From Laetmonice hystrix (lineage: Eukaryota): a stretch of 64,000 nucleotides of DNA. The notes below the pieces were generated by a model that was not told the origin of the DNA, ran no database searches, and saw only the letters and a program-made list of their open reading frames with translations. Below are positions 1 to 13,781 of this stretch, in pieces. The DNA lies in the NCBI GenBank assembly GCA_965235115.1, contig OZ249447.1, positions 14,198,001 to 14,262,000 of the forward strand. The letters are read 5' to 3'. A program made the translations under genes and the position numbers. Each line of letters starts with the position of its first letter. Positions within the stretch are counted from its first letter, which is position 1.

Positions 1-242
1 AGTTAAAAGTTTTTATAATTCTCTAAGTAGTAATTTGATATAATTGTGAAAGGATTTTAACCAGATTCAAGAAACCAGTTCATACACCACTGAACAGTAA
101 TAAACATGACCCTCGGGTACTTATAAATGACAAAGGTCCCACATATATCATGGACCGTCTGTGGAGAATGCTTATATAACCAGTAATTCAGTGTCCGAGA
201 CAAAACCCAGATATCCATGTACCATAACTTTCCTTTTGTCAG

Positions 243-1225
243 ATTACTATTGGAAAGCTGTTTGCGTCTCTGATGCCCTCACTGCCAGTCGACAGACTTG
301 ACTGTAGCGCCATAAGTAGAGACCCAGAAGTGGTAAGGACAGTGTGTTTGGAACGTTTGGATATTTGGGATTTACAAAGGGTCCTTGAATTTCATAGTAT
401 TTAACTTAAGCAATCTCGGGACGCCTCAAACAAGGAAAATTAGCCCCATAAAACGTATATAATCTATTGCTGTTGAACTCGTCACTGTCCAAGTCAGGCA
501 TTGATGGTGAAATGTTCGCTTCCATGACAGGTAAAGAAGTACACAGAGGATCCATTGGTTTACCATGGCGGTATGAGACTGAGGTATGCAACCTGAGAAA
601 TTGACTTCAGTAGAATTCAGTGCTGTAATATTAACATAGAACCAGTTACATGTCAGATTGAGTGAGGAGACGAGGTCTGTGCTTTCTGCCTCTGGGTCTG
701 CTGCCTATTTCACAGTTTTAAAAAGAAAAGAAAGAAAATCCACCAAAGTTTGAGTTTCTGGATCTTTACGGTTGACTCTGTGTATTTAGGTGGGGTATGT
801 GTATGCTGGAGACGCTGGATGAAATCAAGGGTCGGCTGAAGGAGGTAGAGATTGCAATGCTCATCATCCAGGGTGAGAAGGACAAGTTGTGTGAGTGCTC
901 CGGGGCAGAGTTACTGTATGAAAGGGCTTCCAGTACGGATAAAAAGCTCACGGTAAGTCGACGTAGAACCGGTATTACATCTCTATGGTCGTGGCAGGCG
1001 CCAGTTAGGGGGCTTTTATGTTAACACCCTTTTAACAGTATTATCTCTCTTTTTTTTTATTTTTTTGTACTCCTGGACAACTCTATTACAAAGAATTGAT
1101 TTGAAATGTTTTTGTTACCGTGTCAGGTGTATCCCGAGGCCTTCCACCAAGTTCACAACGAGCCAGACGGGGTTGGAATACAAGCTGTTGATGAAATAAC
1201 CTCATGGATTCAGGAGAGGCTGTAA
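243..1225 (+). CDS. MGLL: Monoglyceride lipase-like alpha/beta hydrolase, paralog A (5'-partial; last 4 exons)
   Basis: GT-AG exons 243-332, 531-583, 790-952 and 1127-1225 join in frame: ITIGKLFASLMPSLPVDRLDCSAISRDPEV / VKKYTEDPLVYHGGMRLR / WGMCMLETL...IIQGEKDKLCE...DKKLT / VYPEAFHQVHNEPDG...WIQERL*. Catalytic Asp (QGEKD) and His (AFHQVHNE) motifs match the MGLL family. Upstream exons lie outside the window. Confidence 0.9.
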
Positions 1226-3922
1226 CCATTCATGTGATCTTCTACATAAGAAGAAGGCAGAGTGGTTGATTGTCATATTCAATAACAACCCTCGTATGAT
1301 TAAGGACTGATTGTCAAATGTAAAGTAATGGGGTCTTTGGACATCATATTGTTTGGAGATTTAAAAAGAGTAACTCTATCTTTTAGTGTTATTAACGCAC
1401 TATTTGCGCAATGAGCTACACGTAGGTTACATGGTTGCACATAATGTGGTTTGAAGACTTCAGCAGATTACATGAGGAAGTGGTAGTTTAGAAAAGAAAG
1501 ATTCTTACTAATGTCAGTGACCATAGTATTTTTTAACTGGAATATAATGTTTTTTACAGCGGGAACAGGGACCAAACAGTAAGGATACAACTAACAGGGT
1601 ATAACTGAGACGGTCACGCAAACAGATCACTTCTCATTTTGATAAATCCGTGTATACACGGCTACTGCAGACAACACTGAACTTGTGTGACCTGAATGAT
1701 ATGATCAATTGCTTTAACTAGAATACAAAAAAATAACTTGGCGTTTCCTTGTGATTCCGTGTTTAGAAACTGAGGTATCCTGGTGTGAACAGGGCCTAAC
1801 ATCTGGGTAAGAACTTGTTCGCCTTCCTGCCTTTAAGTGTCACCAAATGTAGCCAGGCCAGCATTGTTATCACATTATCAAAAATATTTGTTTCATTTGT
1901 CACCAACATCACCATCTTCCTCACAAGACAATGAACGGCTCGTCATTACTTCCTTTTCTTTACTGATGAATTTACCATATGTTTCACGCATTCATAAAAT
2001 CGTCGCCATTGAGCAAAATCATTGAATATAAGTAATGGGTAGGCATTTGCAGCTAAATAGTAGGCCTAATTCCTACAGGTCCCACTTATAATATTGGCAG
2101 AAAACAATGACGTCAGAGATTGGCATATTGTATAAATGTCGTAAGTATAAGCCCTATCGTGATAAGGACTTTTTCAGGACTTCTTTTCACAAGATTACGA
2201 ATATCTCCATTGGGTAACTGTTGGTTAGAATACCTATACACTCCTATTATCACAATTTTATACCTGCTGTCGTTTAACCTTCTTGTTAAAATAACGCAAT
2301 GCAGCTGAATCTTGTATTTTTCTACTCCATTCCATTTGAGTGCCTCATTGGGAATATAGCATTATACATGTTGTATATGGATGTAAAGCTTGATATATCA
2401 GCGATTGTTTCCACATGTTGGATGGAAGGGTGTCTGGTATTGTGTATAAACATCGGTGTTGTGACCATTTATTATTCGGTCATCGACTAGATACAGTACA
2501 GTACAGCTGAAGTATCGTGGATTTTAGTTACCACCCCAAAAAGGTGGGAGTTGGTATTTAAGTTGTACTTGAGACATACGTGCATCGGAAACAGCTAGTT
2601 GAGAGAGATACACAGCTGATTCTACTATTACCATGATATATGAATGAATTGACCATGCATGTTTTTACTTTTATGCTCAACAACGAACAGCCTGCCTGTT
2701 TTGGTGGTGCACTGTTTTTATACTTGAACAGAGATATCAGTTATTGTACTTGTACCGATTCTTCTTGCGTAACATGCATTTCTGTTGAATCCACATATTG
2801 TGATACCGGTACGGTTTGTATATATATATGAGGTACCATTTATGCCAAAACTTTATGCCACTCAGTATTTAAACAAAAGACGGTGGGAGAGCAGCGCTGC
2901 ACTTCAGTGTGGGAATCTCAGGGGGATTTGACGGTTTGTAATCTATTGTTGTCGATTGTGTCGGAGTCAAGATATAGTGGAACTTTAGAAGGGAAAACAT
3001 CATCTGTAGTAAGTGTATAGTAAGTGCACCTACCATGCTTGGCAGTCGCTAGAAACGTACGAGTCAGTAAACCAGTTAACATAAGGACTAGGCAGTGAGA
3101 TTCTGCTGCAATGGCAGGGTTTTCAGTGGTCCTTTAGGCTTTCCCTGTAGGCTTATGTTATTCAACGTCATATTGAACCAAGATTTCGACATCCTTTTTT
3201 TACTAGAACGAACGTGTGGGAAAGTGTCAGGTATGTGTGTAAAGTGTGTGTTTTCAAAAAATAAGAAAACAAAATGCAATATTATGTTTATTGCCTTTGG
3301 AGAAGTTCTACATATACAAAGATATAACACTTTATTATTAATCGCTGTAATCTTGGGAAATAAAATGGAGGAGAATTGGATACACATAGACCTGTTGACT
3401 TCGCGTGTTTAATTGATTACCCACAACGGTATGACTACCGTATACGGCATAATTATATATAGGCCTATATTGGTAGGCCTATATTGGGAAGAAATAGAAC
3501 GGTTATCAATTTGTAAATGGTATGTCAGGATAAACGGCACAACCTTTTGGACGACTGGTACATTAGGTAAAATACCATGATGCAGAAATACTTGGGCCTA
3601 ACAATGTTTGATAACTTGGAGTTGGATGATTAATACGCTTATTATGATTAGTTACGTGCCGTTGATCCCAGACGATTGATGGGCCTATTATAACTACCCA
3701 GTCTGAACGTAGGCCTACCGCTTACGTATTTCGGTTTTCCCCAGTCTGATGATCTGAGAGGGTTAACTTTAATCAAGGGTAGACCCCAAACCCCCACAGA
3801 GGCCTACCGTGCCGGGCAAGGGGGGGGGGGGGGGGGGGGGTTCCACGGCAAGGGCAAAGGAACGGGGGTTAGATATAGCCTACCAGCTGCACGTATGCTA
3901 TGGCTATAGTCCCCTTGTGACC

Positions 3923-3981
3923 ACGCACCCTATATATGGAGGGAGTTACACAGTGTAACCCCCTCCATGTATAGGGTGCGT
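3923..3981. repeat. 29-bp-arm inverted repeat with 1-nt loop
   Basis: ACGCACCCTATATATGGAGGGAGTTACAC-A-GTGTAACCCCCTCCATGTATAGGGTGCGT; 27/29 arm positions are complementary. Confidence 0.85.
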
Positions 3982-4615
3982 AGAGAGTGGAGTCCATAGA
4001 AAAGAACAGGTTTGTTACGTTCTTTGTTAATTAGTGGACCAGTCGGCTCACGTCCAAACAAGTACAGCACCCCAAGCCACGCCCTTCTGTGGTGACGCCA
4101 GACAGGGTGACGGGACGACTGTGGGTCTTTACTAGGGGATTACACTTCATGCATACCCCACTAATAGGCTAAGTACCACTAGACTAGTATAGCACCCAGC
4201 AGTCGGTCTCCAACATGTATGGGCAATATCTTGCGAGTCACAAGCCGCGGATATAGACTCTATCCAGCTGGCAACCTGTGGCTGTGTGTGGGAATGAGAC
4301 TGTGAGCGTCACCGTGACTTCCTCCTGCCCCCACTATACAAACAAGGTATACGTCTCGCTGCAGCCGTCCCCCCCCCCCCCTCCAAACCTACATATACGG
4401 CGCTCAGGATTGGCTGACACAGAGGGAGACAAACTTTCTGGCCAATGACGCCTTTGCTCATAAAAGGGCAATGGCCTAAAGCGCTCGGTTTTCACGTGTA
4501 CAATCTTGACGGGAGTTTGTGATGGTGGTGGTTGTGGCGTCATACGTACTTGGAACTCCTAGAAGTTAGTTCACCATCGGAGACAAATGCGGGCTGGACA
4601 CTTTAGGATAGCATT

Positions 4616-7600
4616 ATGAGTTTTAAGAAAAAGTCCTTAGAGGACTTGCCAAACTTTACAAATGCACGTCATCAACGTTTATTTTGTAAATATTGGAATC
4701 CGAAGTTGGAGGACGAAGATGAAGCGCCGAGGTCAGTAGTCAACAAGTGTTTCTAGGTCAGCGGTACTTGAGATGCAGAAGGGGGTCACTCACTCGTATG
4801 ATCTTAAATTACAAAATTAGACGCCAACACTATAAGTGGGCGCTACAGATATGTGGCTGGGGTTATTTGTGTATTTGTTTTGTGGTTGTGGTTGGTTCTC
4901 AAAGTGACCCTGAGATCTTTATACAAACAGGACGGACACCACTTAGTCCACTATTATATACGTGACAGTTTACACTGCCCCCTGGTACATCACCGATCAC
5001 ACAGACTGGGTGGGTGTTTACTAACACTACCGTTAGCCAGTGGCAGTGTATTAACAGTGGCCTCTCGCAAGACAGTTATATAACATAATCCTACAAAGGC
5101 TCCAGGAATTCCAGCCTATATCTAGGTCAGATTTTTCCACTAAAGCCGAGGAGGAAAAACAAAAGGTGATTGTCAAAAGAGATGAGATATCACCAAATTA
5201 TACACGTGCCATCACCATTAATATATAATAGACGGGTTATGTCTGTACAAAATTCAATATAGAAAATAAATTTCATGCATTATTTAAAAATTCCTTGATC
5301 ATTTAATATTACAAATATCATATAACTCAAGGAACCCGCCATGGAATGGCTGATTTGTGTCCATAGAGTTATTTTAATTATATATCTCCAATTGCAATTG
5401 ATCAGAAGTAGTGCTTTTTAATTGCAGCCAGAAGCAGTTGATACTGTCTAAGTTCATGAAATGTCTTCCTTTATTTTATACTAGGGCCCTAGTGTTTATT
5501 GTGCATGGGTTTGCTGAACACTGCGAGTGGTATAATCACATGGCAGAACCTCTGGCAGACAGAGGGGTTCTTGTTGCTGCCCATGATCATGGTAAGTATA
5601 ACCTTAATAGTGAGGCCGAAGTAATAAAGCATAGGTATTTTCTGCTAGGCCATGTTTCAGGCCTGTAGCCAAGAGGAGGGTGGGTTGGACCCCCCCCCCC
5701 CCCAATAGTGGACAGAGAACAATGCCACTCTTTATTTCAAAAAATCAGAAACACTTGTTCCTTCTATTAAAATACATAATATTATATATATGTAATGTGT
5801 TTGACTTAGTGTAGCACATGACCTTAAGCACTGTAATATTATGGTAGCTAAATCACCAAGTCAAGTGATTATTATCCTTGCATAAACCATTCTAGACTTC
5901 CAGACAGGAGTTTGATGAGAAAGAAACGGTGCCTTATGTATGGGAAATTGCGGCATATTCAAATATACGACTTTGATTTGTAGATTTATCCTAGCTTTAA
6001 TGGAAATGCCCCCAGGCCAGCACAGCCTGTCATCAGGTTTATGCCCTGTGATATGACGTGCCTAAGTAGTAAAATCATGACATATGGTCACCTTCAGTCG
6101 GTCATGGGAAGAGTGAGGGACAGCGAGCACAGGTAGAACACTTTGAAGACTACATAGACGACTTGCTTCATCATGTTGCTATAGTACAGACATCATATCG
6201 TCACATCCCAACATTCTTAATAGGTCACTCAGTGGTAGGTTGTTACACTTGCATGTTCTATATTTTTGTAGTTTTGAAAGCACAGTAAAGCAGCTGTTGA
6301 ATTAGTGGTAGGATTTCATAGCGATTGATATGTATTGTGAGTGGATTAAATATCAATTAAACATCTTTAGGCGCACAAGGTTTAATTTTTAGGGCATAGA
6401 TTTAGATGGCAGAAGTACTGTCAAACAGTAGCTTCAAAGGCAGTTGAGAGTTCAGTTATCACACCAAGTGCCACATAAGGAACATTAAGTTACAGCTGTT
6501 AAAAGGCAGTACATGTATAGAGTATTTTAATAGTCCTGTCACTCTAGATCTAGCATGTGGTTTTATTACAGGGAGGAACGATAGCACTGAAGACTGTCCT
6601 CAAAAAGCCAGATCTCTTCCGGGGAATTGTTGTTATTGGTCCCACAGTACTGAGTAACAGTGAGGCAGTGCCACCCTGGAAGGTAGGGAAATACATGTCA
6701 AACTAGATTTCAAATATTGTGGAAAAGGCAAGGGCGAGGAAACATTGCTTCTCTGCCAAATTTTAATACTGTTGTAGTTACAAAGTGGAAACTTTCCTTT
6801 GAGTGCAGTTTTATAATGTTGCACATGTGATTTTGATGTGTTTTTCCCCCTCAGTCTATTTTTTTTTCTTAGTAGATTGTAGTGTAGCCTACTTCTGTAA
6901 TGTCATGATATGTCAAACAGAATTTATTTCCATGGTAATACCAACTTTTGACAGAACGTGTGATGGATGTAAGAATCTTTTGAGTATCTTGAGTTTGTCT
7001 TGCTACTCCATTCAGTTGATTACTTTATTTTTATTCTTTATGTATGTGCAAAGTATTTCATCATGTCTTTGTAGATAACATTGGGGAAAATTGTAGCATC
7101 AGTCCTGCCATCATTACCCATTGAGAAACTTGATCCTGTGTTTATTAGTAAAGATCCAGAAGTGGTAAGTTTGCTAGAGATTTAAAACGAAATGGTGACA
7201 GTGCTTCAGAGGTAACTAAAAATTAGTAGGGTGATTGTATAAGAACATATATGTTAACAGAAGTAAATAATCTTGTGGAACAAGTCATGGAAATTATCTG
7301 TTCCACAATTTCACCTATTTAAAAAAAAATTATGTATGAAAGAAAATCATTATCTCAGCCAACGGCCATCTCCAGCTATTCCATGTCATGTCTGAGACCC
7401 ACTTATATATGGGTAACTGGTACTTGCTGATAGGCCAACTTTGAGTTTATATCATTGTATTAACATATTTCTAAATTTTATTTTATTGAATATATTTTAT
7501 ATTTGTCAATTGCCAATATATATGTTCGTTAAGGTATATTACTGAGAGGAATGTGTTCTCAGATAACCTCAGGCAAGCAAATGGTAGTGAATGGGTGAAT

Positions 7601-8577
7601 AAGGTTAAATGAAAACCGATTATCTGTTACAGGTAAAACGATATGCTAGCGACCCACTTGTCTACCATGGAGGAATGAGAACAAGGTACGGCTCGCGAAG
7701 ATTCCCCATGTATTTCAATCATATATTACCTGAAGAACACAGTAAATTCATACCTTGTAGCATCTCTGTTTTAAGGTGGGGCCTGTGCCTACTGCACACA
7801 TTGGAGGAACTCCAGCCACAATACTGCAACATTCGGACACCGTTGCTGATCATTCAAGGGGAAGACGACAAAATTTGTCATGTATCTGGGGCAGAAATGT
7901 TATGTGCTGAGGCAGCTTGTCAAGACAAGATCCTGTCAGTGAGTATTTCTCTCAATCCTGATTGATATAACGTTGTTGATATACCCCTGTAGCATAGAAT
8001 GATTGATATAACGTTGATATACCCCAATAAAGCATGACTGATTGATATAACGTTGATATACCCCCATAGCATATAGAATGATCGATATAACGTTGATATA
8101 CCCCCGTAGCATAGAATGATTGATATAACGTTGATATACCCCCATAGCATAGAATGATTGATATACTGTTGATATACCCCCAAAGCATAGAATGATTGAT
8201 ATAACGTTGATATACCCCCATAGCATAGAATGATTGATATAATGTTGATATACCCCAATAAAGCATAGAATGATTGATATAACGTTGATATACCCCCGTA
8301 GCATAGAATGATTGATAAAACGTTGATATACCCCCGTAGCATAGAATGATTGATATAATGTTGATATAACTTAGAACATTTTTTCATGGTGAGTTTTGTG
8401 CCAGGTTGGTCAGGTTACAAGGATCCTTTTTTTCATTCCTCTGATAATTAAGTCAATAATATTTCCATCTCTTTTCAGATATACCCAGGATCGTACCATC
8501 AAGTTCACAATGAGCCTGAGGGGGTTGGAACCACCGCCATCTTGGAGGTTGTCACATGGATTGTCAATAGATGCTAA
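4616..8577 (+). CDS. MGLL: Monoglyceride lipase-like alpha/beta hydrolase, paralog B (complete, 8 exons, 291 aa)
   Basis: Exons 4616-4731, 5485-5591, 6098-6234, 6572-6682, 7075-7164, 7633-7685, 7776-7938 and 8479-8577 total 876 nt with consistent phases. Motifs: RLFCKYWNP, ALVFIVHGFAEH, AHDHVGHGKSEG, nucleophile elbow GHSVGG, QGEDDKIC (Asp), YHQVHNE (His). The last four exon sizes (90, 53, 163, 99) equal those of paralog A. Confidence 0.93.
7961..8368. repeat. Intronic minisatellite, ~38-bp unit, ~11 copies
   Basis: Unit ATTGATATAACGTTGATATACCCCCATAGCATAGAATG with variants. It starts about 22 nt after the donor at 7939, in the last intron of MGLL-B. Confidence 0.95.
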
Positions 8578-9440
8578 TGAAACATGTTCAAATATCTCAC
8601 CTCAATAGCTACTCATCCCTTCATCTTGTGCATGAGGCAGTAACTGATAACCTAATTGGACTGACAAAATGAGTAATTTGGCCTCCTAATTGTTCATGAT
8701 CTGAATGTTGAGCAGGTCACAGGGTGTGGTCTGTATGTTGTTTGAGGTTTCACTTGTAACAAGAAAATACCATATTGAACATACCCAGATAAGTAATGGA
8801 AAATACTCACGTGTAAATAGACATAATGTATTTGTGTTGGGAAGGTACAGTTATGCTGAATTCACATTACTCATTCATTACTCATTACAAGTAATGCTGA
8901 TACATGCAAGAACACCAATGTATATGAACAGCGTCATTTTCTCATTCTCGAATCTTCCCAAAATAATACTCTTCAGAGTCAGTCAAGAAAAATCTTCCCA
9001 TGAGATAGTATGAATAACTATTTTTGTACAGTGTTTATATGTGTTATCATATATTTGATAAGTCATGTCATAAGTATATTCATTCTGTGCAATGCAGCTT
9101 TTTATAGGTGTGTTTTTGTTACTACATGTACATGAGATTCTTTTTTAACAGATTTAGTAAAACATTTAATCATAAATCCATCTGGATATTTTAATGTTAT
9201 TATATACAATTGAACTGATGTACATAAAGGCTTGTGAAGTTAGTAAAATGCATAAATTATAATTATCTGACCCACAATGGGACTGTAATAATCGGTATAC
9301 CTGCTGGGGAACCTAGATTTGTTAGCACATTTTGTTGTGAACCCATGCCAAATGTTATCTTTCTTCACACCAAGTGGGACTCAGCTATTGATGAGGCAGC
9401 AGAGCAGATCTGAAGGAAGAAGCCGTTTTTTATCGAGTAT

Positions 9441-9758
9441 GCCTATACGGCACACATGTACATTAGGAAGGGGAAGGTATACTAGTCTTGTGGAACAGTA
9501 GGCCTACGGCACGCATGTACAGTGGGAAGGGAATATTACTTGTGTACGGCACGCATGTATACAGTGGGAAGGGGATGGTACTTGTGGAACAGTAGGCCTA
9601 CGGCACGCATGTACAATGGGAAGGGGAAGATACTTGTGGAACAGTAGTCCGGCATGCATGCACAGTGGGAAGGGGAAGGTACAGTGTACTTGTGGAACAG
9701 TAGGGGCCTATGGCACGTATGTACAGTGGGAAGGGGATAGTACTTATGGAACAATAGG
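9441..9758. repeat. Degenerate minisatellite, ~50-60-bp unit, ~6 copies
   Basis: TACTTGTGGAACAGTAGGCCTACGGCACGCATGTACAGTGGGAAGGGGA recurs with indels. Confidence 0.85.
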
Positions 9759-11812
9759 CGTACACACAGAACCAACAACAAACACATAATGAAGAGTCAT
9801 GTACGGGATACACAGTATCACCAACCACACAACGGGGGTGGAACTAATTTATACACAGTCTGTATAATACAAGGTATATCACCAAGCACACAAAACGGGG
9901 GTGGTACTATAGTCTGTATAATATACACAGTGTTAACGGGGGGTGGAGGGGGAGGGGGTACTAATTTATACAGAGTCTCATAAAAAAACGCATGGTATGT
10001 GACGGGCATGCATATAGCGGAACGGATCCAGATCGAGTGTCGCGATAGAATTGGTCCCTATATCAGATTGTGGCTGAGTAACTCCAGAAACACCAGTTGA
10101 CCCTGGCATCTCCAGGCTCCCATAAACAAACCAAGGCATGAAAAACTTTAGTGGTTGGCTCAGGATTTATACACTCGTTGTTTGGGTTTATCTTGAATAT
10201 TGTATTTTGATGTGAATGTTTATACCGGTTAATGCGCATGCACCATGCCTCCATGTAAGCTTGGTGTCCGTGCTCCTCGAACGTGAGCATAGGATTCTCA
10301 ACAGACTTCTGAAGTTAAGTTTCGTTTGAAGACTGCTTCCACAATGAAAAGTTACAGTGAATTATGGCGAACCCATGAGTTCCCTTACATGGTCACATTG
10401 CCAAAAAAAAGTCGCCTTATCTTTGAAAGGAGGTCCTTGAAATCAATTGAAAACAGTGTAGATAAGCGCGGAACACACTGTGTATAGGCCTAGATAAAGT
10501 ATATAAGTGTGGAACCAATTGTAGATCTGAGTGATCTGTTTGAGAAAACTGATCCTGCCCAGCACAACAGTTTCTGTTGAGGAATGAACTATGTTATCTG
10601 TAGCACCATATCTTAATTCATGCAGTTGTTTGTTAATGTTTTTTACTTTTTTTCATCGTTAATACCTTTGTCATGCAAAGTGCAGTGTCACACTATAAAA
10701 GCCACTTTGTGTTTTCTGTTAGATGTACTTCTCCATAACCTGCTTTTAAAATAGATTCTGCCTTTTTTACAAATATATTCTGTATTCAGTAGTATGTGCA
10801 GGACCGTCAGGATGTTTTTATATTGTTTTTAGAGATTACAATATTTTATACATCCGTCTAAGATGAAAAATGTCTGTATAGGCCTAAAAAGAAAGTTTAT
10901 GGTTTAAAAGATATACTGAAGATACACACATCAATGCAGGGGTACTGGAATAGGAGAAAGTGCCACACCCAGCCACACCCCCTGCAGTATCAAAGTCACC
11001 CCCTATAAACACTCCCCTGTCAGGCTTTCCCTGCCTGGCCTTATGCTAAACTTTCAATAGCTTGAACACTTCTGTGATGCACCGCGAGGTATACATTTTT
11101 GTATGGTCCCGTCTTTGACTGACAATAATCCCTATTAAAGGGTGTTACGACGTTGTAAGACTTTTACAAGATTGCAGGATGGTTAAATTTGTCAGGCCAT
11201 AAAGATTCCTTTCAACTTGGGAAAGAAAACTTTTGTTATTAAGACCATATTTTGTAAATGTGATTGTCTTTTATATTCTGACATGCCAGTGAAGTTTCTC
11301 GTTTTATCAGTGCTAAAAGCATTCTAGTTCTCGACTGAAAATAAAATATTATATCATGACCGGATGCCTGTCTCATGTCTGTTAATTCAACACCTATGAA
11401 GAAATACCGATATTTCACGTTTCATGGATATATAAACGGATCAATCTGTATTGAAAAATACCGGACACTGAAATAGCCTACGTTGTACATAATATACGCA
11501 CTAAGCCGATTTATTTTGATTATCAAGGATTTATTTTGACTGAAATTCAAATACACGTACTTTCAATTGTAAATTTGTAACTTCAATATCAGTTGCAAGT
11601 GCGAAGAGGAGGCAGTTGCCGCCAGTGACTCTGGGCTAGTGAAATCTAGAAGCAAATAGTATAATTTTATAGAATACATTCCACAATCCATGTATTCAGG
11701 CAAGTCGGACTTTTACCAATGCCATGGAGACTCCTTCAGTGGTTATTAAAACTAAGAAGATGCTGACACTGGATACAATGTACATTAAGTGTAGCAACTG
11801 GCAACCGGGCCG

Positions 11813-11915
11813 AACTGGATACATTGTATCCAGTTTATTACTAACCAAACTGGACACATTGTATCCAGTTTATTAGTAACCAAACTGGACACATTGTATC
11901 CCGTTTATTAGTAAC
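11813..11915. repeat. Three tandem 35-bp units, each with an 11-bp-arm palindrome
   Basis: AACTGGATACA-T-TGTATCCAGTT followed by TATTACTAACCA, repeated 3 times with few changes. Confidence 0.85.
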
Positions 11916-12114
11916 TTGTAATCCAAAATGTGTCTACCTACACACCTCGGGTAGCACATTGTCAAGTACTTTCCTCAATTTAGGTGGGGGGGGGGGGGGG
12001 GGGGTCATTTAATACTTTAAGAAGTAAATTTATGGGGGTACACACTGCCCTACTGGTTATCGGTACCTTTATTAACCAGTCGCCTTCGAATTCGTGTGAG
12101 TAGTTCGTCATTGC

Positions 12115-12285
12115 CAGTGGCCGATTTAGGGGGGGGGGCAGCCCCCCCCCGAAATTTTTCAAAATCAGGGTCCCCCCATACTGATTGACCCTTGCCCCTT
12201 ATGTCAGGTAGCTATGGATCCATTCATTCACCCATACATCTGTGCCCCCCCCCCCACCTGAAGAAAAATCCTGGATCCGCCCCTG
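12115..12285. mobile_element. Short MITE-like element, CAG...CTG termini, probable 5-bp TSD
   Basis: 5' end CAGTGGCCGATTTAGG versus reverse complement of the 3' end CAGGGGCGGATCCAGG (12/16). Flanks ATTGC / ATTGG. Internal G and C runs. Confidence 0.55.
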
Positions 12286-12390
12286 ATTGGCTATTGTAAA
12301 TGCTAATACACCTGAGCACCGTTTGCCCAAAACAAAAGTTAAAATTCATGTACAGTATCAGCCTTCCAGCAAGACGGGGCTGATCATAAT

Positions 12391-13781
12391 GGGCCATATG
12401 AATAAAAACTAGCATATGCTTTTACTACAAATTTTCAAGCAAATGCTTGGTCCGGTATGAATAAAACCAAGCAAATGCTTGGAAAAATGAAGCATATGCT
12501 ACTAGTAGAAGCAAATGCTTTTTAGTACCAACCTTTTGCTACAAAATGTAGCAAATGCTTGGATCGGTATGAATAAAGTAGCATAAGCCATTTACTTGGT
12601 AGTATATGCTTGGAATTTTCAAGGTAGGGTCAGACGTGGCTTGGGTTTTGAAGCAAGTGGTCAGAGTACTTTGCTATGGCTGCATTTATGCACGTTCGCG
12701 CTGAAAAGTTGTACATGCCTCGAAAGACATGTCGGCCAGGAACCTATCGAACATTTTACCGGTTCGACGAGGAGAACGTTGAGTGGTTGGCTAGTCATTT
12801 TTTGCCGGAGTCTTCAGAAACGCGCGGTGGATGTCTCTCAAACAAGGAAAAGATGGAGACTTTCTTCGTTACTTGGCGGATCCTGGATTTCAAGTTGGTG
12901 TTGGGGAGGACAAGGGTATACACCAGTCAACGGTGTGTAAAACATTCGCGAACGTCCTTACCCACGTTGTGGCAAAAGCTCAAATTTGGATTAAGTTTCC
13001 AGCAACCTTGCAGGATATATTAAGACAGGCCCAGCAACTGTGGCAAACTGAAAATGAAATACCAGGTGCAGTCGGTGCCATAGACTGTACGTATGTTAAA
13101 TTTTGAAGCCGGGTGGACGACAGGGGCATGGAGATGAATACATAAACAGAAAAGGTACAACGTCTATTAATGTGCAGGCGACATGTGATGCAATGGGCAT
13201 GATTTACTAGTGTTGATGCAAATTGGCCTGGCTCCGTGCATGATAGTAGGATCTGAAAGAATTCCGACGTTGGCCATGCCATGATCCACTCTCGCCATAG
13301 AGGCTTTCTTCTCGGTGATGAAGGATACGGGATAGCCCCATGGTTGATTACACCTTACAGCGATCCAGTTCTTCCTTTGGAAAGGACCTTCAACAAGATT
13401 CATTCTAAGGAAAGGGTTATCATAGAACGATGCTTTGGTCAAGTGAAAAGGCGCTTCCCAATTTTGAATGGGCGAGTTAGACTTCGACTGGTAAAAGTAC
13501 CAAGTGTAATTGTTGCCTGTTTCATGCTTCATAATATTGCCAAATACTTGGAGGACAAAGAATGGAACGATCGCTCTTGCACCCAGTGATCCCATTCAGG
13601 CGAAATTTGACATGGAAGTATTACCATCTAGCAAATGCTTGGAGTGTCAAGCAAAGCATTTGCAGCAAAAGGTCGCATTTATTCATATGAAACCAAGCAT
13701 TACCTTATACTTCGAGCAAATGCTGCTTCTACTTTTAAGCATTTGCTAGGAAGCATATGCTAGTTTTTATTCATATGGCCC
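12391..13781 (+). mobile_element. PIF/Harbinger-type DNA transposon, defective 1,391-bp copy
   Basis: Perfect 30-bp TIRs GGGCCATATGAATAAAAACTAGCATATGCT (12391-12420 and 13752-13781). Subterminal AGCAAATGCTT and TATGAATAAA repeats at both ends. Flanked by AT...AT. Carries a DDE_Tnp_4-type transposase remnant. Confidence 0.92.
12676..13589 (+). pseudogene. HARBI1-like (DDE_Tnp_4) transposase pseudogene
   Basis: Fragments across frames: FLRYLADPGFQ...GIHQSTVCK (HTH-like), GAIDCTYV (D), EYINRKG..SINVQATCD, WPGSVHDSRI, LLGDEGY (D), RVIIERCFGQVKRRFPIL (E), ACFMLHN. Frameshifts near 12862, 13100 and 13203; in-frame TGA near 13255 where Trp is expected. Confidence 0.9.

Noticed and set aside
4853-5083. 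ORF segment DGHHLVHYY as MGLL-B first coding exon
   Set aside because: Exon 4616-4731 (EDLPNFTNARHQRLFCKYWNP) fits the family much better and has the right phase.
7920-8387. Three long minus-strand ORFs (104-155 aa)
   Set aside because: They are translations of the 38-bp minisatellite inside an intron.
9536-10009. Several 63-83 aa ORFs
   Set aside because: They derive from degenerate repeats and G-runs; no motif or splice support.
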